36,938 nucleotides of DNA. Source: a virus (lineage: Duplodnaviria > Caudoviricetes). The notes beneath the pieces are model-generated. The model was not told where the DNA came from. It worked only from the letters and a program-made list of their open reading frames with translations, and searched no databases. Position numbers and translations under genes: made by a program. Below are positions 16,632-24,577 of the stretch, in pieces. Numbering within the stretch: the stretch's first letter is position 1; each line of letters opens with the position of its first letter. The stretch spans positions 1-36,938 of the IMG/VR virus record IMGVR_UViG_3300017747_001923; one strand, given 5' to 3'.

Positions 16632-17117
16632 TCAAGCCCTCCAGAATTTGCCCGATTCGGTGAATCGGTAATCGTTGATCGTGAGCAATTCGTCGACGCA
16701 TTCGTCGGACAATTGGTACTCCATGTCATCGCGCCATTCTTTGAAAGCCTCCCATAGAGCCGCATCGAATGCGCCCTTAGCGTCCCCGGTCTTTTTGAAG
16801 TGATCGTAAAAAGTGATCCAAAGGGTAGCGTCCAAACAGTACCCGGTAGGCATGGCGTCCCGGTCTACCTGCGACAGACGCAAGCCCCGGAAATGCCGAT
16901 TCTCGGCATCGGTGGAGTAACTGGGACACATGTAAGGCCCGACCTCCCAATCCTTGAGCCTTACCCCGAAATGGTCGCAGAATGCTTCAATGGATGCTCT
17001 GGATTCATCGGACCATGCCAGAGGGTCACAATCGCTGCGCCACCATTCCCGGGCCTTTTCCTTGGCATCCTCGGACAATTCATCGAATGTGAAAACGTCG
17101 ATTTGTACTGTTTCCAT
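16632..17117 (-). CDS. Acidic hypothetical protein (FDELS..AKEKAREW N-terminus, Y.FT..G C-terminus)
   Basis: Motifs recalled from a family widespread in phages and mobile elements; strong SD. Confidence 0.75.
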   Translation of the reverse strand: METVQIDVFTFDELSEDAKEKAREWWRSDCDPLAWSDESRASIEAFCDHFGVRLKDWEVGPYMCPSYSTDAENRHFRGLRLSQVDRDAMPTGYCLDATLWITFYDHFKKTGDAKGAFDAALWEAFKEWRDDMEYQLSDECVDELLTINDYRFTESGKFWRA

Positions 17118-17120
17118 GAT

Positions 17121-17660
17121 TCAAGCCTCCATCGTTACAAAATAGTGTTTGCCATAAAGGGTCGCGCCAAATTCCCCGGCCTTGTCTGCCTCCATCCCGT
17201 CGATCGCCTCGGCATCGTCGCGGCTCCATCCCATGCCATCGGCATCCTCGCGCATCAGATCGCGCACATATTCGAGAGCCTCCTCGGCATCGTCGAATTC
17301 ATCCGGCTCGGCATCGGGCATGTAGCCGGGCATATTCCAGCCTGCAACAAATTTGGGATTGCAGGCTTTGCAGGCTCCCGGGTACCTCTCGGCGTACTCC
17401 TCCATCTCGGCGTAAGTCTCGAAATCGTGCTCCTCTCCGCATTCCGGGCAGGAATAAGACCATGCGACATCGAATCCGATGGAGCAATAGACGCATCCGG
17501 GCCAATCCTCGGACCAAACCCAGACATTGCCGGAATTTTGATTCACCCCAGCTTGCGTGTACTTATCGACGCGCATCCCTGCGCCTTTGATCGCTTGCAG
17601 ACATTTGACTAGACGATCCAGATCGGCGCCCTCGAATTGCTCAAAAAGGTTTGTTTCCAT
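17121..17660 (-). CDS. Very acidic protein with CxxC/CxxC motifs and GWNMPGYMPD motif
   Basis: GGAGGCACACATG start at 17660; CPEC...CKAC; D/E-rich C-terminal half. Confidence 0.75.
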   Translation of the reverse strand: METNLFEQFEGADLDRLVKCLQAIKGAGMRVDKYTQAGVNQNSGNVWVWSEDWPGCVYCSIGFDVAWSYSCPECGEEHDFETYAEMEEYAERYPGACKACNPKFVAGWNMPGYMPDAEPDEFDDAEEALEYVRDLMREDADGMGWSRDDAEAIDGMEADKAGEFGATLYGKHYFVTMEA

Positions 17661-17671
17661 GTGTGCCTCCA

Positions 17672-17818
17672 TCAGATCGAGAAAAGAACGACGCAGACGA
17701 TCCAGAGCGCAGCCAATGCGAGGCAGGCTCCGGCAATGATCGCGAGGGTAGACGGCTCGCGCTCCACCGGCTCGGGGTGAAGATCAATATAGCGCAGGGC
17801 ATGGCGGGAATGTTTCAT
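17672..17818 (-). CDS. 48-aa single-TM protein (MKHSRHALRYIDLHPEPVEREPSTLAIIAGACLALAALWIVCVVLFSI), not in the ORF track
   Basis: AAGAGGT SD; first ORF after the promoter; clear C-terminal TM helix. Confidence 0.7.
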   Translation of the reverse strand: MKHSRHALRYIDLHPEPVEREPSTLAIIAGACLALAALWIVCVVLFSI

Positions 17819-17860
17819 GGGTTACCTCTTACAGTTACATGGCGACGATGCCATGTGTTT

Positions 17861-17889
17861 ACTGTAACCCATTGGGTAAGGCGTGTCAA
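17861..17889 (-). promoter_or_regulatory. Strong sigma70-type promoter with a palindromic operator in the spacer
   Basis: TTGACA-17nt-TACAGT; the spacer contains ACCCAATGGGT; followed by hairpin ACATGGC-ATCGTC-GCCATGT. Confidence 0.8.
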
Positions 17890-18662
17890 CACCTCCCGCG
17901 AAAAAAAGATGCTAGGGGAAACCCTGCCCCATTGGGTAGCGTTTGGGATGCCCCGGCTCCTCTGGTGACAAATGACCCTTTTGTCTCAGGGGGTCGGTTT
18001 TACATTTGCTTAATTCTTGTGCAATTTAAAAATATGTTTTTTCGGGGTCTCCCGCGCGAAAGGGCAATTTGTCACAACGTCATTTTTTAACCCACGGGGT
18101 TCAATAAAATCAGTAAAAACCTCGAATTTTTCACTAAATCATCAACCCCGTGGGTTAATTTTAGCCCGCTGGGTGCTAAATTCACCACCCAGTGTGTCAA
18201 TTTTGGCTTATTTTTAACACACTGGGTCAATTTTAAACTGTGACAACTGTGACAGGGGTTTTTTCACGTTGTCACAGTTGTCACAGTTACACACTGGGTT
18301 TATTTATGTATTTGTCACAGTTGTCACAGTTACACACTGGGTTTATTGGACCCGTTGGGTTTATTGGACCCTTTGGGTTAACCCACGGGGTATTGAACCG
18401 CTGTTAACGGGTGGGGTAGGATAAAATGTTTCCGAGGGGATAGGGGTGGGGGTGGGCAGGTCCGGCGGGTTGCGTGATTGTTTACGAAGGCCCCAGAGAA
18501 TCTGTGAAAAATTTTTTAAAAAATTGAAAACCCACTGTGTCATTTATTTTAATATGTTTAGTTAACATCACTGTATCATTTACTCAAATATACTTAACTA
18601 ACATGACTAACCCACTGTGTCATTTACTCATAATGTATTAACTCGATTGTGTCATTTATTCA
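17867..18662. repeat. Non-coding control region with several repeat families (putative origin, operators or packaging region)
   Basis: 14 copies of an ACCCANTGGGT-like quasi-palindrome, TGTCACAGT repeats in both orientations, a 36-bp direct repeat (18269-18304 / 18312-18347), and four TGTGTCATTTA-like repeats. Confidence 0.8.
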
Positions 18663-18665
18663 TGA

Positions 18666-18694
18666 TTGCGTTTAAAAAGACAATGTGATACGAT
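18666..18694 (+). promoter_or_regulatory. Candidate promoter for the packaging/structural operon
   Basis: TTGCGT-17nt-TACGAT with an extended TGn, about 10 nt upstream of the terS ATG. Confidence 0.4.
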
Positions 18695-18703
18695 AATTTC
18701 ACT

Positions 18704-19267
18704 ATGGAAAATCCACTCGCTTTACAAACAGACACAAATAGTATCGGTGAGACTCCACTACCGAGTTGGTTATCTGTTCCCGATCCAGTTCCCCCACGTC
18801 CATCTAAAGCAGCTAAGCAATTATTACATCTCGAATATGAACAGATATTTGAGCGTGTTATTGAGAATATTTATAGAGGTCATTCGCTTCGGTCTTTAGT
18901 TGAGAATGATTTACGTGTTATCTCGTATGAAGATTTTTTACGTTGGATTAAACGTGATCCTCAGCGCCATGAGAGATTTAAAGAAGCGCAGGAAATGCGT
19001 ACAGAGTTTTTAGCTGGAGAGATATTAGAGATTGCTGATGGAGTGGATGCGATTGACGCGGCGTGTCCTGAAACGGTTAATCGAGATAAACTTAGAATTG
19101 ATACGCGTAAGTGGTTAATGAGTGCTCACAATCGCAAGCGATACGGGGAAACCAAACAGATTGAAGTAGGTGGAACAATCTCGATCACTGAAGCGTTAGC
19201 GCAGGCACAATCTCGTGTGATTGATGCTGAGGTGGTCGATGTAACCCCTAGATTGGAGAATGACTGA
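18704..19267 (+). CDS. terS: Terminase small subunit
   Basis: I..G.SLR HTH, W...D, EILEIAD, KLRIDTRKW....N...YG motif; immediately upstream of TerL. Confidence 0.85.
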   Translation: MENPLALQTDTNSIGETPLPSWLSVPDPVPPRPSKAAKQLLHLEYEQIFERVIENIYRGHSLRSLVENDLRVISYEDFLRWIKRDPQRHERFKEAQEMRTEFLAGEILEIADGVDAIDAACPETVNRDKLRIDTRKWLMSAHNRKRYGETKQIEVGGTISITEALAQAQSRVIDAEVVDVTPRLEND

Positions 19268-20814
19268 TGCAGAAGATGCGATACAGTCCAGAGGAGGAGC
19301 AACTGTTAATGTCGCAGTTGTGGAATCCTGCAATAAAGGATGATCCTGAAGCATTTGTATTGTTTGCGTTTCCATGGGGGCAGAAGAATACTCCGCTTGA
19401 ACAGTTTAAAGCCCCCAGAGCATGGCAACGTAGAACGCTGCGCAGGATTCGAGACTTCATCAAGGAAAATCAAAATAAATTAACCGAGGGTGATTTAATT
19501 GATGCCCTACGTCGAGCCGTTTCGTCTGGTCGGGGAGTTGGTAAATCAGCCCTTGTATCTTGGTTAATTCTGTGGATGCTGAGTACCAGAATAGGTAGTT
19601 CAGTTATCGTATCTGCTAACAGTGAAAGTCAGTTACGTAAAGTAACCTGGGGTGAGTTGACTAAATGGGTTACGATGGCAATCAATGCTCATTGGTGGGA
19701 ACCTACGGCTACATCACTTACCCCCGCCAACTGGTTAACAGAGTTAGTTCAACGTGACCTTAAAAAAGGTACTCGATACTGGGGTGCTGAAGGTAAATTA
19801 TGGTCTGAGGAAAATCCAGATGCTTATGCCGGTGTGCATAACATGGACGGCATGATGGTAATCTTTGATGAAGCTTCGGGTATTCCAGATAGCATTTGGT
19901 CGGTGGCTGCGGGGTTTTTTACTGAAAACATTCTGGATCGATATTGGTTTGCGTTTTCAAATGGTCGTAGAAATACTGGTTATTTTTACGAAGCTGTTGA
20001 CGGTAATAAACGCGACTTTTGGGAATCGGAAAAAATTGATGCTCGTACCGTTGAAGGAACGGATAAAACAATTTACCAACAGATTATTAATGAGTATGGT
20101 GAGGATTCCGACGAAGCTAGGGTGGAGGTGTACGGAGACTTTCCTAAATCTGGGCAAGATCAATTTATCTCACCTCATCTTGTAGATGATGCAATGAAAC
20201 GCCCTTTGTATAAAGACATGACCGCACCTATAGTAATTGGTGTGGATCCTGCTCGTGGAGGTATGGATAGCACAGTAATCGTAGTACGCCAAGGTCGAGA
20301 CATTGTGGCAATTAAACGGTTTCGGGGTGACGATACTATGACTACAGTCGGGCATGTGATTGATGCCATTGAAGAATATCGCCCAGCTTTAACAGTTATT
20401 GATGAAGGCGGCCTTGGTTACGGTATTCTTGATAGGTTGACTGAACAAAAGTACAAAGTTCGTGGAGTTAATTTTAGTTGGAAAGCAAAAAATCCTGTAA
20501 TGTGGGGCAATAAACGTGCGGAAATTTGGGGTGCTATGCGTGACTGGCTTAAATCAGCTAGTTTACCTAACGATAGAATTCTCAAAGCTGATTTAACTGG
20601 GCCAATGAAAAAACCAAACTCAGCAGGTACTATATTTCTGGAAGGTAAAAAAGAAATGAAAGCTCGTGGACTTGCTTCACCGGATGCGGCTGACGCAATT
20701 GCTGTAACTTTCGCTTTCCCAATTGCACATCGAGAATATAACAATCGGGTTGACAAACGTATTGTGAAAAGTTACGCTTTGTCTCATATATCGACTGGAT
20801 GGATGGGAAGTTAA
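19267..20814 (+). CDS. terL: Terminase large subunit
   Basis: SGRGVGKS Walker A, IFDEASG Walker B, GVDPARGG.D nuclease motif, SPDAADA. Confidence 0.95.
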   Translation: MQKMRYSPEEEQLLMSQLWNPAIKDDPEAFVLFAFPWGQKNTPLEQFKAPRAWQRRTLRRIRDFIKENQNKLTEGDLIDALRRAVSSGRGVGKSALVSWLILWMLSTRIGSSVIVSANSESQLRKVTWGELTKWVTMAINAHWWEPTATSLTPANWLTELVQRDLKKGTRYWGAEGKLWSEENPDAYAGVHNMDGMMVIFDEASGIPDSIWSVAAGFFTENILDRYWFAFSNGRRNTGYFYEAVDGNKRDFWESEKIDARTVEGTDKTIYQQIINEYGEDSDEARVEVYGDFPKSGQDQFISPHLVDDAMKRPLYKDMTAPIVIGVDPARGGMDSTVIVVRQGRDIVAIKRFRGDDTMTTVGHVIDAIEEYRPALTVIDEGGLGYGILDRLTEQKYKVRGVNFSWKAKNPVMWGNKRAEIWGAMRDWLKSASLPNDRILKADLTGPMKKPNSAGTIFLEGKKEMKARGLASPDAADAIAVTFAFPIAHREYNNRVDKRIVKSYALSHISTGWMGS

Positions 20815-20843
20815 TACATATCCCGACAATAAAAGAGGATGTA

Positions 20844-21107
20844 ATGGCAACAAAAAAGACTGTTTCCTTAAGCGTTAAAAAAGGCGAAAAGTTGCCCGTT
20901 TCTAAAGGCGCTGGCTTGACTGAAAAAGGTCGTGCTAAATACAACCGCGAAACCGGTTCAAACCTTAAAGCGCCAGCTCCAAACCCAAAAACTAAAGCAG
21001 ACGCAGGGCGAAAAAAATCATTTTGCGCAAGAATGTCTGGTGTGGTTGCAAATGCTAAAGGTCCTGCTGAAAGAGCTAAAGCATCTTTAAAACGTTGGAA
21101 ATGTTAA
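20844..21107 (+). CDS. Small basic conserved phage protein (DUF6321-like)
   Basis: GLT.KGR..YN...G.NLK.P...RKKSFCARM.G....W.C; AGAGGA SD before ATG 20844. Confidence 0.75.
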   Translation: MATKKTVSLSVKKGEKLPVSKGAGLTEKGRAKYNRETGSNLKAPAPNPKTKADAGRKKSFCARMSGVVANAKGPAERAKASLKRWKC

Positions 21108-21161
21108 TTTTTGTGTTAAACTTAAACAGTAGAAACAACCACAAGTTCGCAAGGATAAATA

Positions 21162-21314
21162 ATGCCGCTTGTTAAATCCACCTCAAAAAACGCATTTCGT
21201 AAAAATGTTAAGGCTGAAATAACCGCTGGTAAACCGGTGAAACAAGCAGTCGCTATTGCGTATAATGTTAAACGCAAAGCCGCTAAAAAAGCCTCAACAA
21301 AGGCCAAAAAATGA
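21162..21314 (+). CDS. 50-aa basic phage protein (MPLVKSTSKNAFRKNVKAEITAGKPVKQAVAIAY...), not in the ORF track
   Basis: AAGGA SD; KQAVAIAY motif common near terminase genes; ATGA overlap with groES. Confidence 0.75.
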   Translation: MPLVKSTSKNAFRKNVKAEITAGKPVKQAVAIAYNVKRKAAKKASTKAKK

Positions 21315-21559
21315 AACTTCAAGCTACTCAAGATTGTTTAATAGTGCGTCCTGATATGGAGAAACACGCTCTTTTTACCCTTCTCCGGCAAAAACATACT
21401 GGTATAGGTGTGGTTATTTCAGCAGGACCATTTGCTAAAGATGTAAAAGTAGGTGATAGAGTGTTGTTTGGTGATTCTATTGGTCAAGATTTACAATGGG
21501 AAGGTGAAGACCTTCTTGTTATGCGAGAAAAACATACACTTGGAGTGATTGACGCATGA
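21311..21559 (+). CDS. groES: Co-chaperonin GroES (Cpn10)-like protein
   Basis: D..IVRP, G.V.S.GP....VKVGD.VLF, L.MRE...LGV. Confidence 0.8.
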   Translation: MKLQATQDCLIVRPDMEKHALFTLLRQKHTGIGVVISAGPFAKDVKVGDRVLFGDSIGQDLQWEGEDLLVMREKHTLGVIDA

Positions 21560-23754
21560 AAGACACCATTGGAATTGTAGCCGCTGCAAATGTAGCAAAG
21601 AATGGTCCTAATTCGTCAAAAAACGACTCTAAAGACATTTTAACAATTGCTCGTTCTCGCATGACAATGGCGATTTCGGCTTTTTCTGAAACACGAGAAA
21701 GAGAATTAGATGATTTGCGATTTTACGCCGGTTCCCCAGATAACCAGTGGCAATGGCCTGCCGATGTACTTCAAACTCGTGGAGCTGTTCAAGGTCAAAC
21801 CATCAATGCTCGTCCTTGTTTAACTATTAATAAATTACCTCAGCACGTTAAACAGATTACAAACGAACAACGGATGAACCGCCCGAGTGTTAAAGTAATT
21901 CCGGTTGATGATAAAGGTGATGTTGAAGTAGCCGAAATATACAACGGAATAATCCGACACATCGAATATATTTCTGACGCAGACGTTGCTTATGATACTG
22001 CTTGTGAGAATCAAGTAGCTTACGGGGAAGGTTACATTCGATTATTAACCGAGTATTGCGACGAAACAACATTTGATCAAGATATTAAAATTGGGCGAAT
22101 TCGTAATAGTTTTTCGGTTTATATGGATCCTTTGATTCAAGACCCGACCGGTGCTGACGCTCGTTGGTGTTTTATTACAGAGGACATGACAAAAGCTGAA
22201 TATGAGCGTTTGTATCCTAATGCTGCACCAATCAACACCCTCATGTCATTGGGTACCGGTGATCAATCTATTAGTCAATGGATTAATGAAAACACGGTTC
22301 GGATTGCTGAATACTTCTACATTGAGAACGAAAAAGCTACGTTAAATTTATATCCTAACAATTTAACTGCTTTTGAAGGTACCCCTGAAGACAAGTCATT
22401 GAGATCTATGTTTAATAAGCCTTTGCGCTCTCGTGTGGCTGACCGTAAAAAGGTCAAGTGGTGTAAAATTAACGGATATGAAATCCTCGAAGAACGTGAT
22501 TGGGCTGGTTCTTACATTCCTGTAGTGCGAGTAGTAGGCAACGAATTCGAAGTAGATGGTCGAGTTTATATTAGTGGTTTAGTTCGTAACGCTAAAGATG
22601 CGCAGCGTATGTACAATTATTGGGTGTCGCAAGAAGCCGAAATGTTGGCATTGGCGCCCAAAGCCCCATTTATTGGGTATGGTGGTCAGTTTGAAGGGTA
22701 CGAACAACAATGGAAAACGGCTAACACGCAAAATTGGCCATATTTAGAAGTTAATCCTGATGTTACAGACGGTCAAGGTGCTGTATTACCTTTACCGCAG
22801 CGAGCACAACCCCCAATGGCTTCTAGTGGTTTACTACAAGCTAAAGCCGGTGCATCCGAAGATATTAAATCAGCAACTGGTCAGTATAACGCATCGTTAG
22901 GTATGACCAGCAATGAGCGTTCCGGTAAAGCCATTCTCGCGCGTCAACGTGAAGGGGACGTAGGAACTTATCATTATGTTGATAATTTAGCCCGTGCTAT
23001 TCGACATGTCGGCCGTCAATTGGTAGATCTAATTCCCAAGATTTATGACACTGAACGGATTGCCCGCATTATTGGTGAAGACGGTGAATCATCCACCGTT
23101 AAAATGAACCCAATGCAGCAAGAGCCGGTTAAGAAAATTGTTGATTCTGAAGGTGTCATTATTGACAAAATTTATAATCCTTCCGTTGGTAAATACGATG
23201 CGCGTGTTATTACTGGTCCTGGTTACGCTACTAAACGTCAAGAAGCATTGGAATCAATGGGGCAGTTATTACAAACTAACCCTCAATTGTGGCAAGTAGC
23301 CGGTGATTTATTTGTTAAAAATATGGACTGGCCTGGAGCACAAGACCTTGCTAAACGGTTTGAAAAAACTCTCGACCCTAAAGTGTTAGCTGATGAAGAT
23401 AATCCAGCTTTAGTTGCTGCTAATCAGCAGATGGAAGCCATGCAGGCCGAGATGCAGAACATGTTCAACATGCTGCAAAACGTCCAGAAGTCGATGGAGG
23501 AGCGCGAACTTACCATCAAGGAATACGAGGCTGAAGTTAAAGCGTACCAAGCTGAAACGCAACGAATTAGCGCTGTTCAAGCAAGTATGACCCTTGAGCA
23601 AATTCAAGATATCGTAATGGGCACAATTGCTGCCGCTGTAGATACCGGTGATTTAGTTGCGGGTGCGCCTGAAATGCGAGAGACTCCGCAAGTAGAAACA
23701 ATGGAACAAATGAATAATATACCTGAACAAGGAGAATTAAATGAAATGCGCTGA
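21556..23754 (+). CDS. Portal protein (P22-like)
   Basis: DLRF..G...QW, RPCLTINKL, GLVRNAKDAQRMYNYW, SGKAILARQ..GD, helical C-terminal barrel region. Confidence 0.93.
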   Translation: MKDTIGIVAAANVAKNGPNSSKNDSKDILTIARSRMTMAISAFSETRERELDDLRFYAGSPDNQWQWPADVLQTRGAVQGQTINARPCLTINKLPQHVKQITNEQRMNRPSVKVIPVDDKGDVEVAEIYNGIIRHIEYISDADVAYDTACENQVAYGEGYIRLLTEYCDETTFDQDIKIGRIRNSFSVYMDPLIQDPTGADARWCFITEDMTKAEYERLYPNAAPINTLMSLGTGDQSISQWINENTVRIAEYFYIENEKATLNLYPNNLTAFEGTPEDKSLRSMFNKPLRSRVADRKKVKWCKINGYEILEERDWAGSYIPVVRVVGNEFEVDGRVYISGLVRNAKDAQRMYNYWVSQEAEMLALAPKAPFIGYGGQFEGYEQQWKTANTQNWPYLEVNPDVTDGQGAVLPLPQRAQPPMASSGLLQAKAGASEDIKSATGQYNASLGMTSNERSGKAILARQREGDVGTYHYVDNLARAIRHVGRQLVDLIPKIYDTERIARIIGEDGESSTVKMNPMQQEPVKKIVDSEGVIIDKIYNPSVGKYDARVITGPGYATKRQEALESMGQLLQTNPQLWQVAGDLFVKNMDWPGAQDLAKRFEKTLDPKVLADEDNPALVAANQQMEAMQAEMQNMFNMLQNVQKSMEERELTIKEYEAEVKAYQAETQRISAVQASMTLEQIQDIVMGTIAAAVDTGDLVAGAPEMRETPQVETMEQMNNIPEQGELNEMR

Positions 23755-24103
23755 TTTCGTAGGAACTTTATTTTTAGCGAGAGATGTTGCGCATTCTGTT
23801 CATTTAAATACCCGAAGTTTTGCTAAACATTCAGCTCTAAACTCGTTTTATGATAAGATCATAGAATTAGCGGATAAATTTGCTGAAGCCTATCAGGGAC
23901 GCTATGGTTTAATTGGTCCAATTAGCCTAATGTCGGCTAAAAAAACTACTAACGTTACCGAATTCCTTGAAGATTCGTTAGCTGATATTGAAAAAATGCG
24001 ATACGATGTGGTTGAAAAAACCGATACCCCGCTTCAAAATATTATTGATGAGATTGTAGGTCTTTACTTGTCAACTCTGTACATGTTAAAATTTCTCTCA
24101 TAA
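23741..24103 (+). CDS. Ferritin/Dps-like four-helix protein (DUF5856-like)
   Basis: H..HL.T.SFA.H.AL..FYD......D.F.EAYQG.YG ... LQNIIDEI......T.Y.L. Confidence 0.75.
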   Translation: MKCADFVGTLFLARDVAHSVHLNTRSFAKHSALNSFYDKIIELADKFAEAYQGRYGLIGPISLMSAKKTTNVTEFLEDSLADIEKMRYDVVEKTDTPLQNIIDEIVGLYLSTLYMLKFLS

Positions 24104-24112
24104 GGAGACAAC

Positions 24113-24415
24113 ATGGAACTTTTAAACCCTTTGTCCAAAACGGATTTTCCTGCTCAGTCGGTTTCATATACTGGTACTGCTGGCTCAACGACAGGTTGGA
24201 ACGCTGGTCCCGAAGGCGTCATGGTCTGGTCTGACCAGCCCTGCTACGTCGAGGTCGGCGAAGGTGCTGCCGCCACGACTGCCAGCACTCCCATTCCCGC
24301 ATACACCCCGATTCCGTTCAAAGTGCCCACCACGACTTCTGGTGTGTGGCGCGTGAGCGCGATCCAACTGTCGGCAGGCGGCACGGTGTATGCCAAACCG
24401 ATGAACACAAAATGA
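24113..24415 (+). CDS. Hypothetical beta-rich virion-associated protein
   Basis: AAGGAG SD; lies within the structural operon. Confidence 0.7.
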   Translation: MELLNPLSKTDFPAQSVSYTGTAGSTTGWNAGPEGVMVWSDQPCYVEVGEGAAATTASTPIPAYTPIPFKVPTTTSGVWRVSAIQLSAGGTVYAKPMNTK

Positions 24416-24570
24416 GTTTCCTTGCTGCCCGTAATGCAGTGGCTGCCGGCCTTGGCGGTATCATTTCGCTCTTTGGTGGCCGCGCTTCTGAGGTGGCTCA
24501 AATCAATCTTCTCACCGAGTCCGGTGACAACCTCGTCCAAGAGGACGGCGGCTTGCTTCTGTTGGAGTGA
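24412..24570 (+). CDS. 52-aa protein ending in LLTESGDNLVQEDGGLLLLE
   Basis: ATGA overlap at 24412; C-terminal motif typical of small genes preceding tail fibres. Confidence 0.65.
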   Translation: MSFLAARNAVAAGLGGIISLFGGRASEVAQINLLTESGDNLVQEDGGLLLLE

Positions 24571-24577
24571 ACAAACC

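Noticed and set aside
15061-17968. Long plus-strand ORFs (e.g. 15230..15976, 16128..16757, 16800..17612)
   Set aside because: They are antisense to a coherent minus-strand operon with promoter, SDs and terminator, and long shadow ORFs are expected in high-GC DNA.
17839-18543. Short ORFs in the control region (17839..18090, 18017..18217, 18361..18543)
   Set aside because: They lack SDs, have unnatural composition, and overlap promoter and repeat elements.
24422-24577. N-terminal 52-aa extension of the tailspike ORF
   Set aside because: It overlaps the 24412..24570 gene; the recognisable tailspike N-terminus begins at ATG 24578.
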